Origin: Octopus sinensis
Taxonomy: Eukaryota
Assembly: GCF_006345805.1 (NCBI RefSeq)
Contig: NC_043010.1
Location: 22,754,001 to 22,818,000 of the forward strand
DNA length: 64,000 bases
Direction: 5' to 3'
The position numbers and the translations under genes are program-made. This document shows, in pieces, positions 15,127 to 28,862 of this stretch (positions within the stretch are counted from its first letter, which is position 1; the number at the start of each line of letters is the position of its first letter). The notes under the pieces are model-generated. The model was not told the DNA's origin. It did no database searches and worked only from the letters and a program-made list of their open reading frames with translations.

Positions 15127-16467
15127 AGGTGGCAAGCTGGCAGAATTGTTAGCACGCCGGGCGAACTATTTCGCGGTATTTGTCTGTCTTTACGTTCTGA
15201 GTTCAAATTCCGCTGAGGCCGACTTTGCCTTTCATTCTTTCGGGGTCGAAAAATTAAGTACCAGTTGCCTACTGGGATTAGTCTAATCGACTGCCCTCCC
15301 TCTCCCAAAATTTCGGGCCTTGTGCCTAGAATAGAAAAGAATCGTCAACACGACGGGAAATAATGCTTAGTAGCATTTCATTCGGCATTACATTACGAGC
15401 TCAAATTCCGCCGAAGTCGACTTTGCCTTTCGTCTTTCCGGTGTCGATAAAATAAGTACCAGTTGTGTACAATTGCTAGCATTGAGTCAAAATTTGAAAG
15501 CAATGTTTGTTTAATTGAGATGTGACCACCACTGATTAGAAAAAAGTCTGTATTTGGAAAGGTCTTGAAACCAAACGTCTCGGAAAATCGATTTTGTACA
15601 TGTACTGGAGAGAAATTATTTACTATTTCATAAAAAAAGAGATTCCAGGGCCCCACTGCTCTGTGCCGGTAAATCTAGCACGGGACTCCTGTGTCACAGA
15701 TGGAGATACCATATTCTTTATTAATAATATAAAAGAGTCTTTAAAAACAAAAGCCAACGCCCAATAAACTATGTATTAAAAGCAGATCAAAACTGAGATT
15801 TAGTTTAAAGAAAAGTGTTTTGCTAACTTGTATCTTATTCCATTTCTTTGCGATATCATTATTGCCAATGACGTCTGCAGAGCCCTGCAATATATTCCTT
15901 ATTAGAAAGGTGGCGAGCTGGTAGAAACGTTAGCACGCCGGGTGAAGTGCTTAGCGGTATTTCGTCTGCAGTTACGTTCTGAGTTCAAATTCTGCCGAGG
16001 TCGACTTTGCCTTTCATCCTTTCGGAGTCGATTAAATAAGTACCTGTTACGTACTGGGGTCGATATAATCGACTTAATCCGTTCGTCTGTCCTTGTTTGT
16101 CCTCTCTGTGTTTAGCCCTTTGTGGGTAGTAAAGAAATAGGTATTTCGTCTGCCGTTATGTTCTGAATTCAATTTTCCGCCTAGGTCCACTTTGTCCTTC
16201 ATATCTTCAGGGTCGATTAAATAAGTACCAGTTACGCTTGTCTGTCCTTGTTTGTCCTCTCTGTGTTTAGCCCGTCGTGGGTAGTAAAGAAAATAGGTAT
16301 TTCGACTGTTTTTACGTTCTGAGTTGAAATTCCGCCGAGGTCAACTTTGCCTTTCATCTTTGCGGGTTCCATGAATTAAGTACCATTTGCGTACTGGGAT
16401 CAATCTAATCGACTGCCCCGCTCCACCCTCCAAAATTTCGGGCTTTGTACCTAGAGTAGGAAAGAAT
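15127..16467 (+). mobile_element. Cluster of SINE family A copies including a trimer at 15909-16467
   Basis: Repeated gagttcaaattc..gaggtcgactttgcctttcatcctttcgg..taagtacc. Confidence 0.85.
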
Positions 16468-17364
16468 ATTCCTTTTAGAATTGAGTATGGAATAAATGCA
16501 AATATTTTTTTGTTGGGAAATATTTTGACAGTACGTGAGCACAAATAAATAGAATGATTTATTACTATATTATTTTAGGCAACTAACCTTTCATGCGCAC
16601 ATTAATTTTTGTGCTAATACGAGTTCTTTCTGTGTGCTGAGTACGCGCGCACATGCAGGTATTGTAGAGCAGCGATTCAGAATCAAGGCTCCCAAGGCGT
16701 CATGCCGCCTTCAAACGTCCTCGACGGGTTTCCCTCAATAAATATTTTTATAAATAAGAAAATTATAAATTATCTTTCATTAATTGACTAGCGTTTCATC
16801 TTTTTTTGTGTCCCCCTCCACTAAAATGATCCAAGTTTTTGATCTTGTTCGGATGTTTAAAAAAAGGCTGAGAATTACTGGCTTAGAGACAAATAGAATA
16901 GAAGAAAACCCCACATATGTTTTTCGTGTAGAGAAACGGAGCTTAAAATGGACTCTACAAAAAGCATCTAGAGATCAGGTTATGGCATTAAACCTAGCAA
17001 ATCTACTAAATCTGCACACCCCCCACTCCAACAGAATAGATTCAACCAGAGGTACTTGAGGACACATGATATCATGACACGCGACAGATTTATCCACTAT
17101 ACAATATGAGTTGTAGCTAATCCGATTGGCATCCGGGTAATTTTTGCCTTCATAATTTTACTTACAAGGCTTGGGGTCAAACCGAGAAGGCTTATGAGAT
17201 ACAACACGTGACGAAAGTACGGGATCGAACCGTGGAGAACGTGGCAGCAAAGCAAACCATTTAACCGCACGTTCTTGCCTCTTATTATCTCATTAGAAAG
17301 CATGAAAGCCACAGACTAATTCAATATTACTATTCTATAATACTATTATTATTAGGAGTGCTGG

Positions 17365-17880
17365 GAGGTCGACTTTGCCTTTCATTAATTCGGAGTCGAT
17401 AAAATAAGTACCAAAACTGGGGTCGATGTAATCGACTCATCGCCACCTCTCCCAAGCTGCCCTTGTGGCAAAAATATGAAATAATTATTAGGAGTGCTGG
17501 TAAAGGCAGAGAGCTGGTCGAATCGTTATCATGCCGGACAAAACGTTTAGCGGCATTTACGTTCTAAGTTCAAATTCCGCCGGGGTCAGCTTAGCCTTTC
17601 ATCCTTTCAGGATCGATAAAAGAAGTACCAGTTATTCACTGGGGGATCGATTTCATAGACTTATCCCCCCCCCCCGAAATTGCTGGCGTTGTGTCATAAT
17701 TTTAAACCGTTATTAACAATGATGGCGGGTTGGCGAAATTGTTTGCGCATTGAAAAACATGTTTAGCGGTATTTGACCAGCTTTTCACACTCTGCGTTCA
17801 AATCCAGCCAATATCAACCTTTTGGAAGTCAAGTAGCGGGCATTAATTTAGTCGACCAAACGCTTCCGCCAAACATTATG
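17365..17880 (+). mobile_element. SINE family A cluster
   Basis: gtcgactttgcctttcat and aagttcaaattccgccggggtc cores. Confidence 0.75.
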
Positions 17881-18189
17881 TATATATAAATACACGTATA
17901 AAATATATACCCATCTATATATATGTTGTTTCTGATTTAGGCGCAGAGCCAATAATCTTGAGGGAAGGTTTAATCCGGTACTTGGCTAGTACTTTAATTC
18001 ATTCAATTTTAAAAGCTGAAAGGTTGAGTTAACCTGGGCGTGATTTGAACTCAGATTGTAAAGAAGCGTACCGAAACACCACTTGGGATTTTTTTCGACA
18101 TTCTAGCAATTTCTGATACTCCACGGTCTTCACACACACACACACATCAAGGTATCGATTGATGCCACCCCACTAGATTGGGGAGCAGA

Positions 18190-18369
18190 CCAACATCCTC
18201 TCCTATCTGGAAGGCTAGCCCGTCGCAGGGTTATCTATTTACAGCCGAGTGGACTGGGATAACGTAAAATGAAGTGTTTTGCTCACGAACGCAACGCTCC
18301 ACTCTGTCCGAGAATCGAGCCTTAAATCTAGCAATCGTGACTGCAACATGCTAACCACTAGGCCACACG
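18190..18369 (-). mobile_element. tRNA-derived SINE family D
   Basis: Head gtggcctagtggttagc..gctcgattctc, central aaccctgcgacgggctagc motif; a diverged relative lies at ~42150-42370. Confidence 0.6.
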
Positions 18370-18374
18370 ACTTC

Positions 18375-18523
18375 ATGTATGTATGTATGTATGTATGTAT
18401 GTATGTATGTATGTATGTATGTATGTATGTATGTATGTATGTATGTATGTATGTATGTATGTATGTATGTATGTATGTATGTATGTATGTATGTATGTAT
18501 GTATGTATGTATGTATGTATGTG
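18375..18523. repeat. (TATG)n microsatellite
   Basis: Perfect tetranucleotide run; second run at ~18690-18780. Confidence 0.95.
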
Positions 18524-20494
18524 TATTTATATATATGTTGTAGCCGTCTATGTATCACTCTTAACGTTTAAACATCGTTAACCAATGGCCAGTTATGACA
18601 GTATTCGTCCTATAATAACATCTGTTTGGACATGCCATGTTAAAAAAATAACAATATATATCAGAGGGGGAAGAAAAATCGCCTCAGCAGTATGTATGTA
18701 TGTATGTATGTATGTATTTATGTATGTATGTATGTATGTATGTATGTATGTATGTATGTATGTATGTATGTATGTATGTATGTGTGCATGTATATATGTA
18801 TGTATGATTTGTAAATAATAAATGGCATCCATTTGTATACAACCATATTTTGCTGTACTATTAATTAATTAATTAAATTATTCAATTTATTTATTTATTT
18901 AGGTAATATATTGACTACATTTTTGTGTCTGAAATGAAATTCTTTCTTTTTCACGTTACTAACGAAATTGTAAGAACCTGGTGTGGGTTTTGTACATTTA
19001 TGTTTTACACGGAAAAAGAAAGAACAAAAAAACCCAGAAAAACAGCGCAAACAAATCACAACAACAACAACAACAACAATAGCAATAACAACAAAGAACA
19101 AACTCAAACAGCAAAAGATATGTCATGTTCTGCTATTTTTTTTATGGCTTTTTAATTACTGATGAACCTATTTAATTAATACAAGATTGTGTTAGACTTT
19201 GGAGAAAACTGAATCTTTCTCTCTAAATAAATCCTTAAGCTATAATCCAACTGCGACCTATTTTCTTTTTTTTTTGTTTTCTTTTTTTTTTTCAGTTTTC
19301 ACAGTCACCACCGTATTAATTATTATATTAATTTCCATAGCAACGTTTGTTTATTTCTTTTCTTTTCTTTTCGTAATTGTAATTTAATTATCTCGTGGTG
19401 CTTCATTCCCTTTCATTGATACTTTCTATATACAGCATAACATAACGAGGACCTAACGAGTGAATCTTGGAATCTATCCTGGATCTGTTCGATTGACTAA
19501 AAATGATAGTTAAATTGAACCTCTTCAAATTTAAATTAAACTACTCCGTTTTAACAAAAAAAAAAAATAAATAAGGAAAAAGAAATGGAGAAAGAAAAAA
19601 AAAGAAATGGAAACCAAAGGAAAATGGCGCAGTTTGATTTGAACGTAGGACACATCAAATAAATATTTCTGGGTCTGAATGAATGGATAAATTGGTCAGA
19701 GTCACGTGATTTGAACTTTTTTATTCATAGGTCAGTGTTGGAGAAGGACTGACCTGGAGTAAAACAACGACAACAATAACAACAGCAATATAGACATCCG
19801 GAACCTAACACAACGTGGTGAGTCGGCGAAGAAATCTCAATGTGGTGGGTAAACCTGCTAAAAATAGCAGTCAAATTCCCTACACATCACATTTTCCCAA
19901 CTTTAAAAAATGAACATGGACAAAGTAAACGATGCTATTTTATAGATACGCAAAAGAAAATGATTTAAAATGACTGGATGGTTACGGTTGGAACGTTTAC
20001 ATTGATTGATTTATCCGATCAATAACAACAACTGATTTTCTTGTGATCCTTCAACTTGCTAGAAATAGCAGCAAAGACTACCTCGACTGATGAATGAGAG
20101 GATCCACTGAACAAGATAGTCCTAAATAAAAAAAGACGTGAAGGTCATGACTGGAACGCCTTTGATGATTATTCTATTTCATCTCGATCAGAGCTAACCT
20201 GGTGTTGAACAACAACACCAAAATATTTGAAAAGCTGGTGCAATTAAATGTTGTTGTATTTTGGTAGGGTCATTTTGCCAATGAGAAACACGCACAGTTT
20301 CTATTTCACTTTCTTGTTATTATCTCTCGTCGACTAATAGGCTAACTGATCGATTCTCTGATCAATGTTCGAACAATTAGATTGTTAGAGTCATTTCGCC
20401 GTCATTTACGACCTCATCAGTGACGTGTCCTCGTCCCTCCATAAAGAAACTTGCAAAGCAAATAATAAAAAGGAAATGTAATCGAATAAGCTCA

Positions 20495-20709
20495 GGCGTA
20501 GCTGTGTAGGTGCAGGCGTGGCTGTGTAGGCATGGCGTGGCTGTGTTGGCATGGCGTGGCTGTGTGGTAAGAAGCTTGCTTCCCAAACCACATGGATCCG
20601 GGTTCAGTCCCACTGCGTGGAATATTGGGCAAGCGTTTTCTACTATAGCTTCGGGCCGACCAAAGCCTTGTGAGTGGATTTGGTAGACGAAAACTGACGG
20701 AAGCTTGTC

Positions 20710-20755
<46 letters not shown>

Positions 20756-20975
20756 GTTTGTATGTATGTATTTGTGTGTCTGTGCTTGTCCCCCCACCAT
20801 CGCATGACAGCCGACGTTGGTGTGCTAACGCACCAGTCACTTAGCAGTTCGGCAAGACACCGATAAAATAAGTACTAGGCTTACAAAGAATAGGTGCTGA
20901 GGTCGACTTGTTCGACTAAAAGCGGTGCTCCAGCATGGCCGGAGTCAAAATTACTGAAACAAGCAAAAGAATAAT
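20495..20975 (+). mobile_element. tRNA-derived SINE family B (CORE-like) with internal microsatellite
   Basis: Head ggctgtgtggtaag..ccgggttcagtccc, core ttgggcaag..ctactatagc, tail gctccagcatggcc..gtcaaa..actgaaacaag. Confidence 0.85.
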
Positions 20976-21410
20976 CAAGCAAACAAACAGCAAGACGTTG
21001 CCGAACCAGAGTTGAAGAATTTGGTTGGAATCATTTTACAGGATTTCTTTTCTTCGCTAATGATAATAGTATTGAGACTGCTAGTCCTCGGTACCATACT
21101 GCTCCGTGGCTTTCATTAGCGTGACCAGATTTCAGTCAGTGAGCCAGGTTGTCCAAAACACGATGTATAATGTTATGTTATGGTTAAAACACTTGACGCG
21201 TAATCACAGGGATGTAAGTTCGAGTCTCATGGCTGGCCGGTAACGTTTTTTTCTGCAATATATGGATAATTTATCCTGTTCATGTTATTGTATTAGCATT
21301 ATCATGCATTTGAGAATAAATTATTTCTGTATCTTTATGTTATAATGTATTATTGTACGATTCAAATCGCCAACGCTGTGTGTGACGACGAATGTAAATA
21401 ATTCTGTGTA

Positions 21411-21731
21411 CTTACCAGCAATGGGCTTCGGAACATTTTCAGCTTTGCCCCATTGGCCTGTGGCACAAAAGTATTCGAGCCCTTAGAAATTGGCATTCCG
21501 TCTACTACTACGACGAGGGTTCCAGTTTATCCGATCAACGGAACAGCCTGGTCATGAAAATAACGTGTAAGTGGCTGAGTACTCCACAGACACGCGTACC
21601 CTTAACCTATTTTTACCATCTGAGCGTACTTGAGTAAAGTGACATAAAGTGTCTTGCTCAAGTACTCAAAGCGTCGGCGGGAATCGAACTCACGACCTTA
21701 CGATCATGAGCCAAATTTCCTAACCACTAAG
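21411..21731 (-). mobile_element. tRNA-derived SINE family C, copy 1
   Basis: Minus-strand head ttagtggttagg..gtgagttcgattccc, then cttgagcaagacacttt; homologous to 24248-24560. Confidence 0.75.
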
Positions 21732-21759
21732 ACTATAAGCAAAAGACCTGACATTTGAG

Positions 21760-21913
21760 TGGGGGGGGGTCAATTACATCGACCCTAGTGCTTGAACCTG
21801 AAAGGATGAAGGGCAAAGTCGACCTCATAGAATCTGAACTCAGAACAGAAAGTCGGAAGAAATGCTGCTAAGCATTTGGTCCGGCGCAGTAATGACTCTG
21901 CCAGCTCACCGCC
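21760..21913 (-). mobile_element. SINE family A
   Basis: Reverse-complement core aaaggatgaagggcaaagtcgacctc..gaactcagaac..ctgccagctcaccgcc. Confidence 0.75.
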
Positions 21914-22559
21914 TGAAACGAATGTAAATGACGCAATAAAGAATGCCGTCAACCCTTATGTACATATTCGTGGGGAGAAAAGAAAGAGAGAACACTTGTA
22001 CACACGTTTCAGTTCTTACTGGACACATCATCAGCAGCCGTGCGCTTTGTTGCTGGTCATTAAGAAAATGAAATGATATGACGAACTTGGGACGAAAAAG
22101 GTAGCGGGCCATAATCTTTGGGAGAGCTTGTGAGAGCTGTGGATAGGGAGAACAAGGTAGACTTTGAAGTAGGCATGGGAAATCTTCAGTGAGATATTAC
22201 GGGCTGAACTACAACAGGTGGACTGAACTGCTAACATATTTCAAGCTCCCTTTTCTTTTCCTTGGCGTGCCAGTCTGTGAGTTTGAAGTTTATTCATAAC
22301 TGATCGAGATTCATAGGTGATTCTAAGACTGGCACTTTGATCCAAATTCTTACAACAGTGTGGACGACACCTAAAGCATCTAAGGGTCAGGTAGTGGTTT
22401 TAGATTGAGATAAAGATTAAGTCTACGGCTCACTTGATGCTTTTTCTGCTCTTGAAATATAATGTGGGATATGTATTCTTATGTTTGCGAAACTATGAAC
22501 GTGTGTGTGTTTGTGATGGCATCGTTTAAGAGAGATTAATATTTTTAGAGGAAGAAAAA

Positions 22560-22755
22560 TGTTGAGCTGGCAGAATCCTTAGCACGCCGGGTGAAATGCT
22601 TAGCGGTATTCCGTCTGTCTTTATGCTCTGAGTTCAAATGCACCGAGTTCGACTTTGCCTTCCACCCTTTTGGGATAGATAAAACAAGTGCGAGTTGAGC
22701 AGTGGGGACGATATAATGGACTTAAATCCACCCCCTGGAACTTTCTGGCCTCAGG
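22560..22755 (+). mobile_element. SINE family A
   Basis: gagctggcagaatccttagcacgccgggtgaaatgcttagcggtatt..gagttcaaat. Confidence 0.8.
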
Positions 22756-22913
22756 GGACAACTCTCTCCAAGATTTTCAACTAATATTTAAATTGAAACC
22801 GAAGAGTCTCTCTGACACGCCATCATGAAAAGGAATGATGCCCTGTGCTTTGTACCACAGGTAATTGAATAGCATTATAGATATTTCAAACGACGACATG
22901 CATTTTACACGTG

Positions 22914-22966
<53 letters not shown>

Positions 22967-23057
22967 AATGTATTGTGATTTCTGTATGGTAACCCTGAAG
23001 GCATAACAACAGCAATAATAATAATGATGATGATGATGATGATGATGATAATCATCA

Positions 23058-23088
<31 letters not shown>

Positions 23089-23101
23089 GATTATTATTAT
23101 G

Positions 23102-23133
<32 letters not shown>

Positions 23134-23553
23134 CATTGTTATTATTATTATATCAGGTCTTCGATCTGATATAGACCCGAATAACACTCAACCTAATTAG
23201 TTATATTGGTATCAGTTATATTTTATTGATCTGGGAAGGATGAAAGGCGAAGTGGTTGACCTTTGCGGGAGCTGAAATCAGAAGGTAAACAGTCGCTAGA
23301 CACACACGCACACGCACACGCACACACACGCATACGTGCATGTCCGTGTATTTGTGTGAGTGTGTGTATGCGCGTATGGATGTATGTATATCTCTATAAG
23401 AATATATGTATAAGTGCTATATATATATATATATATGTATGCATGTATGTATATATATAATTTTAATACAAGATGTAATGAACAAGCTTTAATCCAAATT
23501 ACTACAACTGTTTCTGTGCATTATTACATAAACACATATAGATAGAGAACATG

Positions 23554-23590
<37 letters not shown>

Positions 23591-23698
23591 ATGTAGCAAA
23601 AAGATCGCAAAAACTGTTACTCGGAGTTTCACGTTCCCGTTCGACCTCTTGTATTCGAGTACTATTTCCACCTTGTTTCGCATTTATGTGCTTACGCT

Positions 23699-23743
<45 letters not shown>

Positions 23744-23782
23744 GCATACATACATGTATATATATACATATATCATATATAT

Positions 23783-23853
<71 letters not shown>

Positions 23854-24114
23854 TGCACATTTGTATGAATGCTATATATATAAATTATATATATAAATTT
23901 TGAAGCCATTATTATTATTATTATTATTATTATTATCATTAATTATTATTATCATTATTATTATTATTCGTCCGAGGTTGACTTTGTCTTTCAATCTTTC
24001 GGGACCGGTAAAATAAGTATCAGTTAAACAATAGGGTCAATGTAATCGACACATCCCCACCTCGCCAAACTGATACCCTCATGGAAAAATCTGAAACCAT
24101 CATCATCATCATCA

Positions 24115-24149
<35 letters not shown>

Positions 24150-24247
24150 GTTATTATTATTGTCGTCATTGTTGTTGATGATGATGTCATTGATGTAGAT
24201 CAACGTGTTGTGAGAGTGATCTTCTAAAACCTTATTTTTCTTTTCTT

Positions 24248-24560
24248 TTACCAGCAATGGGCTTCGGAACATTTTGCAACATGCCCCATGGCACAAAAGT
24301 ATTTGAACCTTCAGAAACTGGCACTCCTTCGGCTACGATGACGAGGCTTCCAGTTTATCTGATCAACCGAACAACCTGCTCATAAAATAAACACGTACGT
24401 AGCCGAGTACTCCACAGACACGCGTACCCTTAACCTATTTTGTACCACCTGAGTGTACTTGAGCGACATAAAGTAAAGTGTCTCTTTCAAGGAATCAAAG
24501 CATCGCCATGAATCGAACTCACAACCTTACGATCATGAGCTGAATTCCCTAACCACTAAG
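24248..24560 (-). mobile_element. tRNA-derived SINE family C, copy 2
   Basis: Shares ccagcaatgggcttcggaacatttt..gagtactccacagacacgcgtacccttaacctatttt with copy 1. Confidence 0.75.
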
Positions 24561-25787
24561 CCCCGTTCCCATAAACATTATCAGTGTGCGCACATTTTAT
24601 GGAAAGATCGACTTCGTCTCATTTATTAGTGGTTTAATATGGTCACCTCTATGGTAGCGGGAGGAGACAATAGCCACAAAGACGGTCGTCTTCGAATGAT
24701 ACCTCGAAAATGTTTGAAAGTGTGGAGACGCCTTTACAAAACTATAGCGAAAAAGAAAATGACAATGAAACGGTCACTATTTGACAAGAGATCACATGAA
24801 CCTATGTTGCATCTCTACCAGCGACAACAGAAACTCTGCCTTCGCTAGATTTGCAAGCCAAATGGATGTACTGAACATCGGTCAAGCAGTTTGACGCAAA
24901 GGAATAGCTCAAAGGAAATCTGTCACAAAAGGAGTTCCTCTTTATCTGTGGAATTTATTCAGGAAAGGGTGAGGCGAAAGCTGACACACTTATGTTTTTC
25001 TTAAAACAGAGAAGTTTTCATATGCTCCTTAAAGAGCAACCTGGCCAGTAGATGGAAGGTTGTATACGTCATTTACCATGATGGCATATGGAAGCGTGTG
25101 TTTGGTTTTCAGGCGCGAAGATTAGGTGGGGAGACAGAGTTTCATAGCCTTCACCTGATCGTTCCAATGCTATTGGTTGGCACTAATGCCCATAGTCTCT
25201 AACCATCCTGGTGCCAGAAGAGGAGGATCCTCACTTTTTCGGTTATCGGTGGACACTGGAAATTCTCGTGGCACTTATGATGAGAGAACTTTGTTTTCTT
25301 CTGCTGCGGATATGCCGTAAGCGGTGATCGAAATATCTGGACTTTATGATATTTTGAAAGGATAAACCATTATATTTACTGAAATGTTGATTCCAAAAGA
25401 AGGCGATCGCATGCGATCATTGAAGCGGTGATGTAGAGGACAAATACTAGGTCACCTTTGATGGTAGATGATTATTAAAATCACGATAGTTAGCTTCATC
25501 CAGCCGAGGAATCACGGATGTAAAGGACATGGGGTCATTTACGGATCAGCTAAGACCAAATATGCTCAAAACAAACAGCTTCTTGAAAGTAACCGGAGGT
25601 GAGAATAACCAAAGTCGTGGGCCGTCTTTATTCTATCCAGGTGGCATTTTCGCACCCCTGTAGGGGTGGGTTGGTCTGATTTGTATTTGTTCTGTAATAT
25701 ATTGTTATATGTCTTTGCCCCACCCTGTTTATAACATATATATGCGCGTGTGTGTGCGTATATGTGTGCGCGTGCGTGTGTGTGTGC

Positions 25788-25875
<88 letters not shown>

Positions 25876-25913
25876 ACTCCTTATTTTGTAACACTTGTAC
25901 GGCATGTTTTGAA

Positions 25914-25954
<41 letters not shown>

Positions 25955-27154
25955 TATATATAATATATATATATGTATATATATATATGTATATATATAG
26001 ATATATATATGTATATATATATGTATATATATATGTATATATATATATATATTATATGTAATATATGTATATATATATGGGTCTTTGTATGACCCAACGG
26101 TGAGACGAATTAAACGCCTTCACAATACAGAGTTCAATTCATGTCAGGATCGGGTTAGATTTTTGGATTTTTCGTGTTAGAATAAATTATTTACCAGACA
26201 AAAACTGGGTCTATCTAAAAGGAATAACTCTACACGCACAGACACACGGACATGGACACACACACGAAGAAATTTTAGACTTGTGTGCTAAAGTCAGAAA
26301 GTGTTATTATTGTAAATTTTATTGTAATTATCTGGATTTTTGTTTTGATTTATTTATCGTACTTTTTTGTAATTGTCAATGTTTCCCTTCCGGAATTTTG
26401 TAATAAAATAAATATGCATACTTTTTTTCTTAAATTTTCTTGCAATTTATAATATTCTGTTGCGATTTCTAAAGGACACCACCTGGAACAAATAAATTTA
26501 TGCTGCTGCAAATTATAAATGCAATCCCATGCAGTATCATATAGCTCCAGCGTGGTCTTGGCCATAAGGAGTAAAACTAAACTAAAGAATTTAAGAACTT
26601 ATTTTTCCCTGTGGAGCCATACTTGGTTAATTAATTAATTAATTAATTATTTTTATTTTTAATTATATTTCTAAACGGAAGGAAAATTCTTTGCAAAATC
26701 AAGCTTCCAATTTTGAATTGTAATATTTATTATATTTGAAGTTAATTTTATCAGTTTTTACAAATATTTTTTCAGTATTTTGAAACTGAATTATGGTTTT
26801 AGGGTTTGTGGTGGTAGTGTTTTGATGGGTGTATGGTAAGGTGAGAGTGCTACGGATAAGGAGACGATTTGCATGTAGCCAAGACTCACTCGTGTTAAAC
26901 ACATACTCAAAGTGGGTGTGTGTGTTTGTGACAAAATAAAAACTATAAAAAAAATGTTAAAAATAAACTAAAGATGTTAAAACCACCGCAACCACCACCA
27001 ACCACCACACATATAACTATACATAACCACACATAGACAGCCACAAACACACACACTCATACAAACACAAAATTTCTTCCATGGCATTACAATGTTAAAA
27101 ACACATGATATTTTAACGAATAAAAAGTCAAATGACTGATGACTTATTTGGCCA

Positions 27155-27334
27155 AATGTTTGAGTGAATGTTTGAATGAATGTTTGAGTGAATGTTTGAG
27201 TGAATGTTTGAGTGAATGTTTGAGTGAATGTTTGAGTGAATGTTTGAGTGAATGTTTGTGTGAATGTTTGAGTGAATGTTTGTGTGAATGTTTGAGTGAA
27301 TGTTTGAGTGATTGTTTGATAAAATGTTTGAATA
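27155..27334. repeat. 12-bp minisatellite (AATGTTTGAGTG)n
   Basis: About 14-15 tandem units with few variants. Confidence 0.95.
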
Positions 27335-27592
27335 GAAAACTTAAGATTTTTCTAGAATTTAAAACTCTTTTATTTATTTTTATTTTGCTTTCTTAAAAGA
27401 AATTTTAAAACAAAACTGTTATAAAAAATTTTTAGTGCGGTAATAAAAGCAGACAAATACGAACATTTGTTTTTGTGAGTGTATGTCCATGTTTATATAA
27501 TAGGGCATTTTTATACGTATACATATATATATATATATATATACACACGCACACACACACACACACACACACATACACACACACACACACAT

Positions 27593-27650
<58 letters not shown>

Positions 27651-28295
27651 GTATATCAATTAAATTTGAAATGGATTGATATAAGAAAAATGCTTCGCAA
27701 AGAAATGTTTTTAAAATTAAAATTTTGTTAATTATTAAGATCCTTTCTTGAAAGTTGGTCTACTCATATCTGATGTAAGAAAGAAGTTGCATGTGTGTGT
27801 GACTGAGCTATCACTGTCTTCAGTTTTTTAAAGACACTTTAAACCAAGTGCATTTGTGAAGCTAAACACAGTGAAAGCATTCACACAGAAAATATCGTCC
27901 CTCAATTCTATGTTAACCTACATTATTTAAAGGAATATTTTTGTATAATTAATAATTTGTAATTAAAAAAATATTCTTTGAAATATACACATACGTACAA
28001 ACATATATACATACACACACATTTATATATATATATATATAAATATATATACATACATATATATATTGTTTGTTTTTATGTTCACTTACGATAAAAACGA
28101 TTTTGCACTAATCTGATGGGTTACTCTATAGTTTTGTAGAGTTAAAATTTATTATTCTTCAGCAAGAATATTATTGACAGTGACTTCGAAGTTTCGGCCT
28201 GTTAAGCCATTGCCTATGTGTACGTGTTATATCATGTGTATATTATGTGTATATTAATTGTTTTACTATATTCATAAATTTTACATTTCTATACA

Positions 28296-28334
<39 letters not shown>

Positions 28335-28554
28335 GTGTGTATATTTCTTGTATGTATGTATGTATGTATGGTATGTATGTATGTATGTATGTATGTATGT
28401 ATATATATATTATATATTATATAATATATTATATATATATATCGAAAGTAAAAATAACCTGCAGTCCTTTTACTTATGCGAGGAAAACCAAAGACAGAGC
28501 AACACGAGATATTATGAAATAAAACAAACTTGATAAATGCTTTATTTCTTTACT

Positions 28555-28748
28555 TTTTACATTATTTACATTTGATGAACGTTTCGGCTGATTTACTCTC
28601 CAGCTTTCCTCAGGTGTCTTGGGGAAATTGTGAACCTGGGTTCTCATTCTTAAGGTATTTTTTGATGTCGTTGTTGTTGTTCTTGTTGTTCTTGTTCTTC
28701 TTCTTCTTCTTCTTCTTGTTATTATTATCATCATTATTATTATTATTA

Positions 28749-28806
<58 letters not shown>

Positions 28807-28811
28807 TATTA

Positions 28812-28862
<51 letters not shown>

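Noticed and set aside
16784-17059. 91-aa ORF of normal composition
   Set aside because: No recognisable domain; length compatible with chance
27155-27334. Regular array as possible CRISPR
   Set aside because: No unique spacers; eukaryotic context; simple minisatellite
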